DNA from: Nymphaea colorata
Lineage: Eukaryota
Assembly: GCF_008831285.2 (NCBI RefSeq)
Contig: NC_045138.2
Span: 8,060,001 to 8,124,000, forward strand
Length of the DNA stretch: 64,000 bases
Direction of reading: 5' to 3'
In this document: in pieces, positions 61,541 through 64,000 of the stretch
Layout of the letters: each line of letters begins with the position of its first letter
How positions within the stretch are numbered: the first letter of the stretch is position 1
Position numbers and translations under genes: made by a program
The notes under the pieces: model-generated
Databases searched by the model: none
What the model was told of the DNA's origin: nothing
What the model saw: the letters and a program-made list of their open reading frames with translations, nothing else

Positions 61541-63851
61541 TTCCCCAAAATGAGCGGCATTAACACTGGTTATTGTGATATCAAGCCGTCTCACTTGAAT
61601 CAAATAGCAGCCAATGTTGCTGTCCTTAACTGTTAGCATCATTGTTTCTTAATTTAACCATGTTCATCTCAAGCAATGGTTTATTTACTTTACTAACAAA
61701 GTAGGCATTCGGTTGAGTCTATTGGAATTTCCTGCATGAGATATAGGAGGGGAAGTCAAACGTGGGGTGGGATTCTTCCTTCTATTTATTTTTAAAAGCT
61801 GGGAATGATGTCCAGCTGGGAGCTGTATGAAAAAACGTACATGTTAAAAACATATATGCATGTATTCTTGCAATTTTCACAACCATTCCAAACCAAAACT
61901 CTTTTTGAAAATTAGGAAACAGTATTTGCAGAAGCAGCCTATTCCCTAAACTAAAACCTGATTTGAAAGTCATTTCTTATGAAATTGCAATGAGAGGACC
62001 ATCATATCTTGAGTGGAAAGTTGGCTCGTTCACCTATGCGTTGAATGATCTAAACATGTATGTGAAAATAAACGAGTGAGTGAAGATAAATGAATACTCT
62101 TTTCCACGAACGGTCGGCAAGTTAAACTCTATAGCGCACCAAATCCATACCGTCAAGGGTTGGATCCACTCGAATCATGAATGTAATCTACCTTATGAAT
62201 GAATAGCAATCAAATTGAGCTCATCTTAAAATCAGCCAGTTTTTTATTCAAATGTACATTTCTGAAAATTTTCAGAAATCTCTATGACTTTGAAAATCAG
62301 TTTATCAAAATTGATGAAAATTTGAAAGCCTAAACCAGTTGGATTCAAAAAAAAATCTCTCTTGATCAGAATCCAAGTGCTTTGGCATCATTGATAGTCA
62401 AAGTCGACAGCAACAAAGAGAAATCAGATTGCTACAAGACCCTTTGGAAATACACTATTCAAGTCATTTCAATCCAAGTTAAAGTTTCAAAGGGAGAAAC
62501 TTTATCCAATTTATGAAAAGGAAAATTTCTCCATTTTTATGGACATCCATGTTTCAGCCAAAATAGACTCAATTCAAGTCAATGAATCTTAGGCATTCAT
62601 AAATCCTAGATTTTAAAAATCCAGATGAGCCCATCGACCTTGCTATAAAATCTCTTCTTGATTTGAACATCAAGATTGGGTCTAGAGGTCGTCCGACATC
62701 TCCTATTTCTCAAAATCAACCAATGAATGAAGTCCAGTTAAATTGTGCATGGAGAGGAAGAGATCGAAGCATGGATAAACATGTAGTTTATTTCATGAAT
62801 GAATGCATACACTCACTCCAGAAAAGTACTCAAGCAACCTAGCCAAAAATTAATTGAGTCAAGTCGGAGTCACTACCATGACCAAGTCATATTGTGACAA
62901 AAACTTGGGTTCCTCATTTACTTCAAAGTGAAAACATCACAAATTTTACAATCATTGCAAAATAAAGATTTTCAAAAAAAATCTATGATGTTTGGACCTC
63001 CTCTAAACCAAAATCACCACAAAGAATTGATGTTCAATCCAAATCAACAATTCATCCAAGGCCAAAATATAAAATTTAAAACCCAGAGTCTGAACTCAAT
63101 CGGAGTCTCTTCAAACCTAGTCTGAATCAAGAAAAACTTCACAACTTTGGCCGTTCCTCAAAACCAAAGTTTCAAAATCAAGATTCTGGCCATTCAAATC
63201 GAGGTTCAAGCTTCAACCAAATTTATTCCAGATTTCTCAGGATCAAACCACCAATCTGACTTCTCCAAACCTAATTTTTAAATTTTGGCCTTGAAAACAA
63301 ATCAAATTTATGGTTCCAAATCCTAAGATTAATTCAAAAACAATTTGTAGACCTTCAAGAATTTTTCCAAAACAAGTTTCAAATCCCAAATCCAAGCAAT
63401 TTTAAAAATTTTAAATTGGTCCAATTTCAGCCATTCCTAGCCCAAATTTTCGACCTTCAAGATCCAATTCTCAACTCCAAAATTCTAGTCTCAGAATAAC
63501 TAACTAGACTTCAACCACCTAGTTCCCAATTTGAGCCAACATCTGATTTTGAATCCCAAAAGCAATTTCTATAAACCAACAGAATTCAAAGCAAATTTCT
63601 AATCTAGACCAGACCAAACTCAAATTTCCAAACCAAGTCCAAACAATTCCAAAATCTTGCATAGGTATATAGAAGAAATAATGTGCCAAGCTTGAGAAAA
63701 CCTAGACCTTGGACTGATTACCCCAATTAAAGGTGGCAGAAGCTGTCAGGCCTCGTACCAATGGTGGATCTCTCTCAATGAAAATCTATTTCAAACAAAA
63801 TTCCAATTGTGTTGCTTCGTGCGACTCCTTGTTTGTGGGAGGGGTGCAACA
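61541..63851 (+). mobile_element. 3' part of a long gypsy LTR, probably continuing the sequence at ~49.7-50.9 kb and 54.8-56.1 kb that the solo LTR and copia interrupted
   Basis: Ends ...GGGAGGGGTGCAACA (63851), preceded by the CCTTGG.CT.ATTACCCC..TTAAAGG.GGCAG motif also found at the 3' end of the solo LTR; homologous to 44621-46336. LTR start not identified. Confidence 0.7.
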
Positions 63852-64000
63852 ACTTGATGGAAAATGTTGGAGGAATGAAGTTTCTCGAGTAAGCTCGTTA
63901 AGTTAGTTTAATATGAAATGAAGTAAGTTGGCTTCCACTATTTGGTTGTCACATGACTTGTACATAAATGAATATTTTTGCTAATAAAATCACTTTACCA

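Noticed and set aside
61200..61553. 117-aa plus-strand ORF across the copia 5' LTR
   Set aside because: It mirrors the minus-strand open frame, has no ATG start and extends beyond the LTR.

Overview
Flowering-plant nuclear DNA. It holds one complete host gene, a six-exon YAB2-clade YABBY transcription factor (minus strand, CDS 15678-7556, 184 aa, ~5 kb last intron). At the left edge is what looks like the spliced, uORF-bearing 5' leader of a second minus-strand gene whose main CDS lies outside the window. There is also a decayed PPR-like fragment. The rest is transposon-derived: SINEs, MITEs, an old Ty1/copia relic (19.4-22.3 kb), a full-length L1-type LINE (31840-37669), and a nested LTR-retrotransposon stack. 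That stack includes a Tat/Ogre-type pol with a plant-mobile-domain fragment, a 3.8 kb solo LTR with TSD, and a complete copia with both LTRs and TSD. The most unusual object is the LINE. It sits in a (GA/CT)n tract with a 19-bp TSD and has no poly(A) tail. Its ORF1 carries a RanBP2-type zinc finger rather than the usual RRM/CCHC modules. It also has a strong splice acceptor directly at the ORF1 ATG and a candidate intron whose removal fuses the two ORF1 halves up to an ATGA overlap with ORF2. A second oddity is that the copia pol frame appears to run ~112 codons into the LTR U3. All calls were made by eye; no database searches were run.
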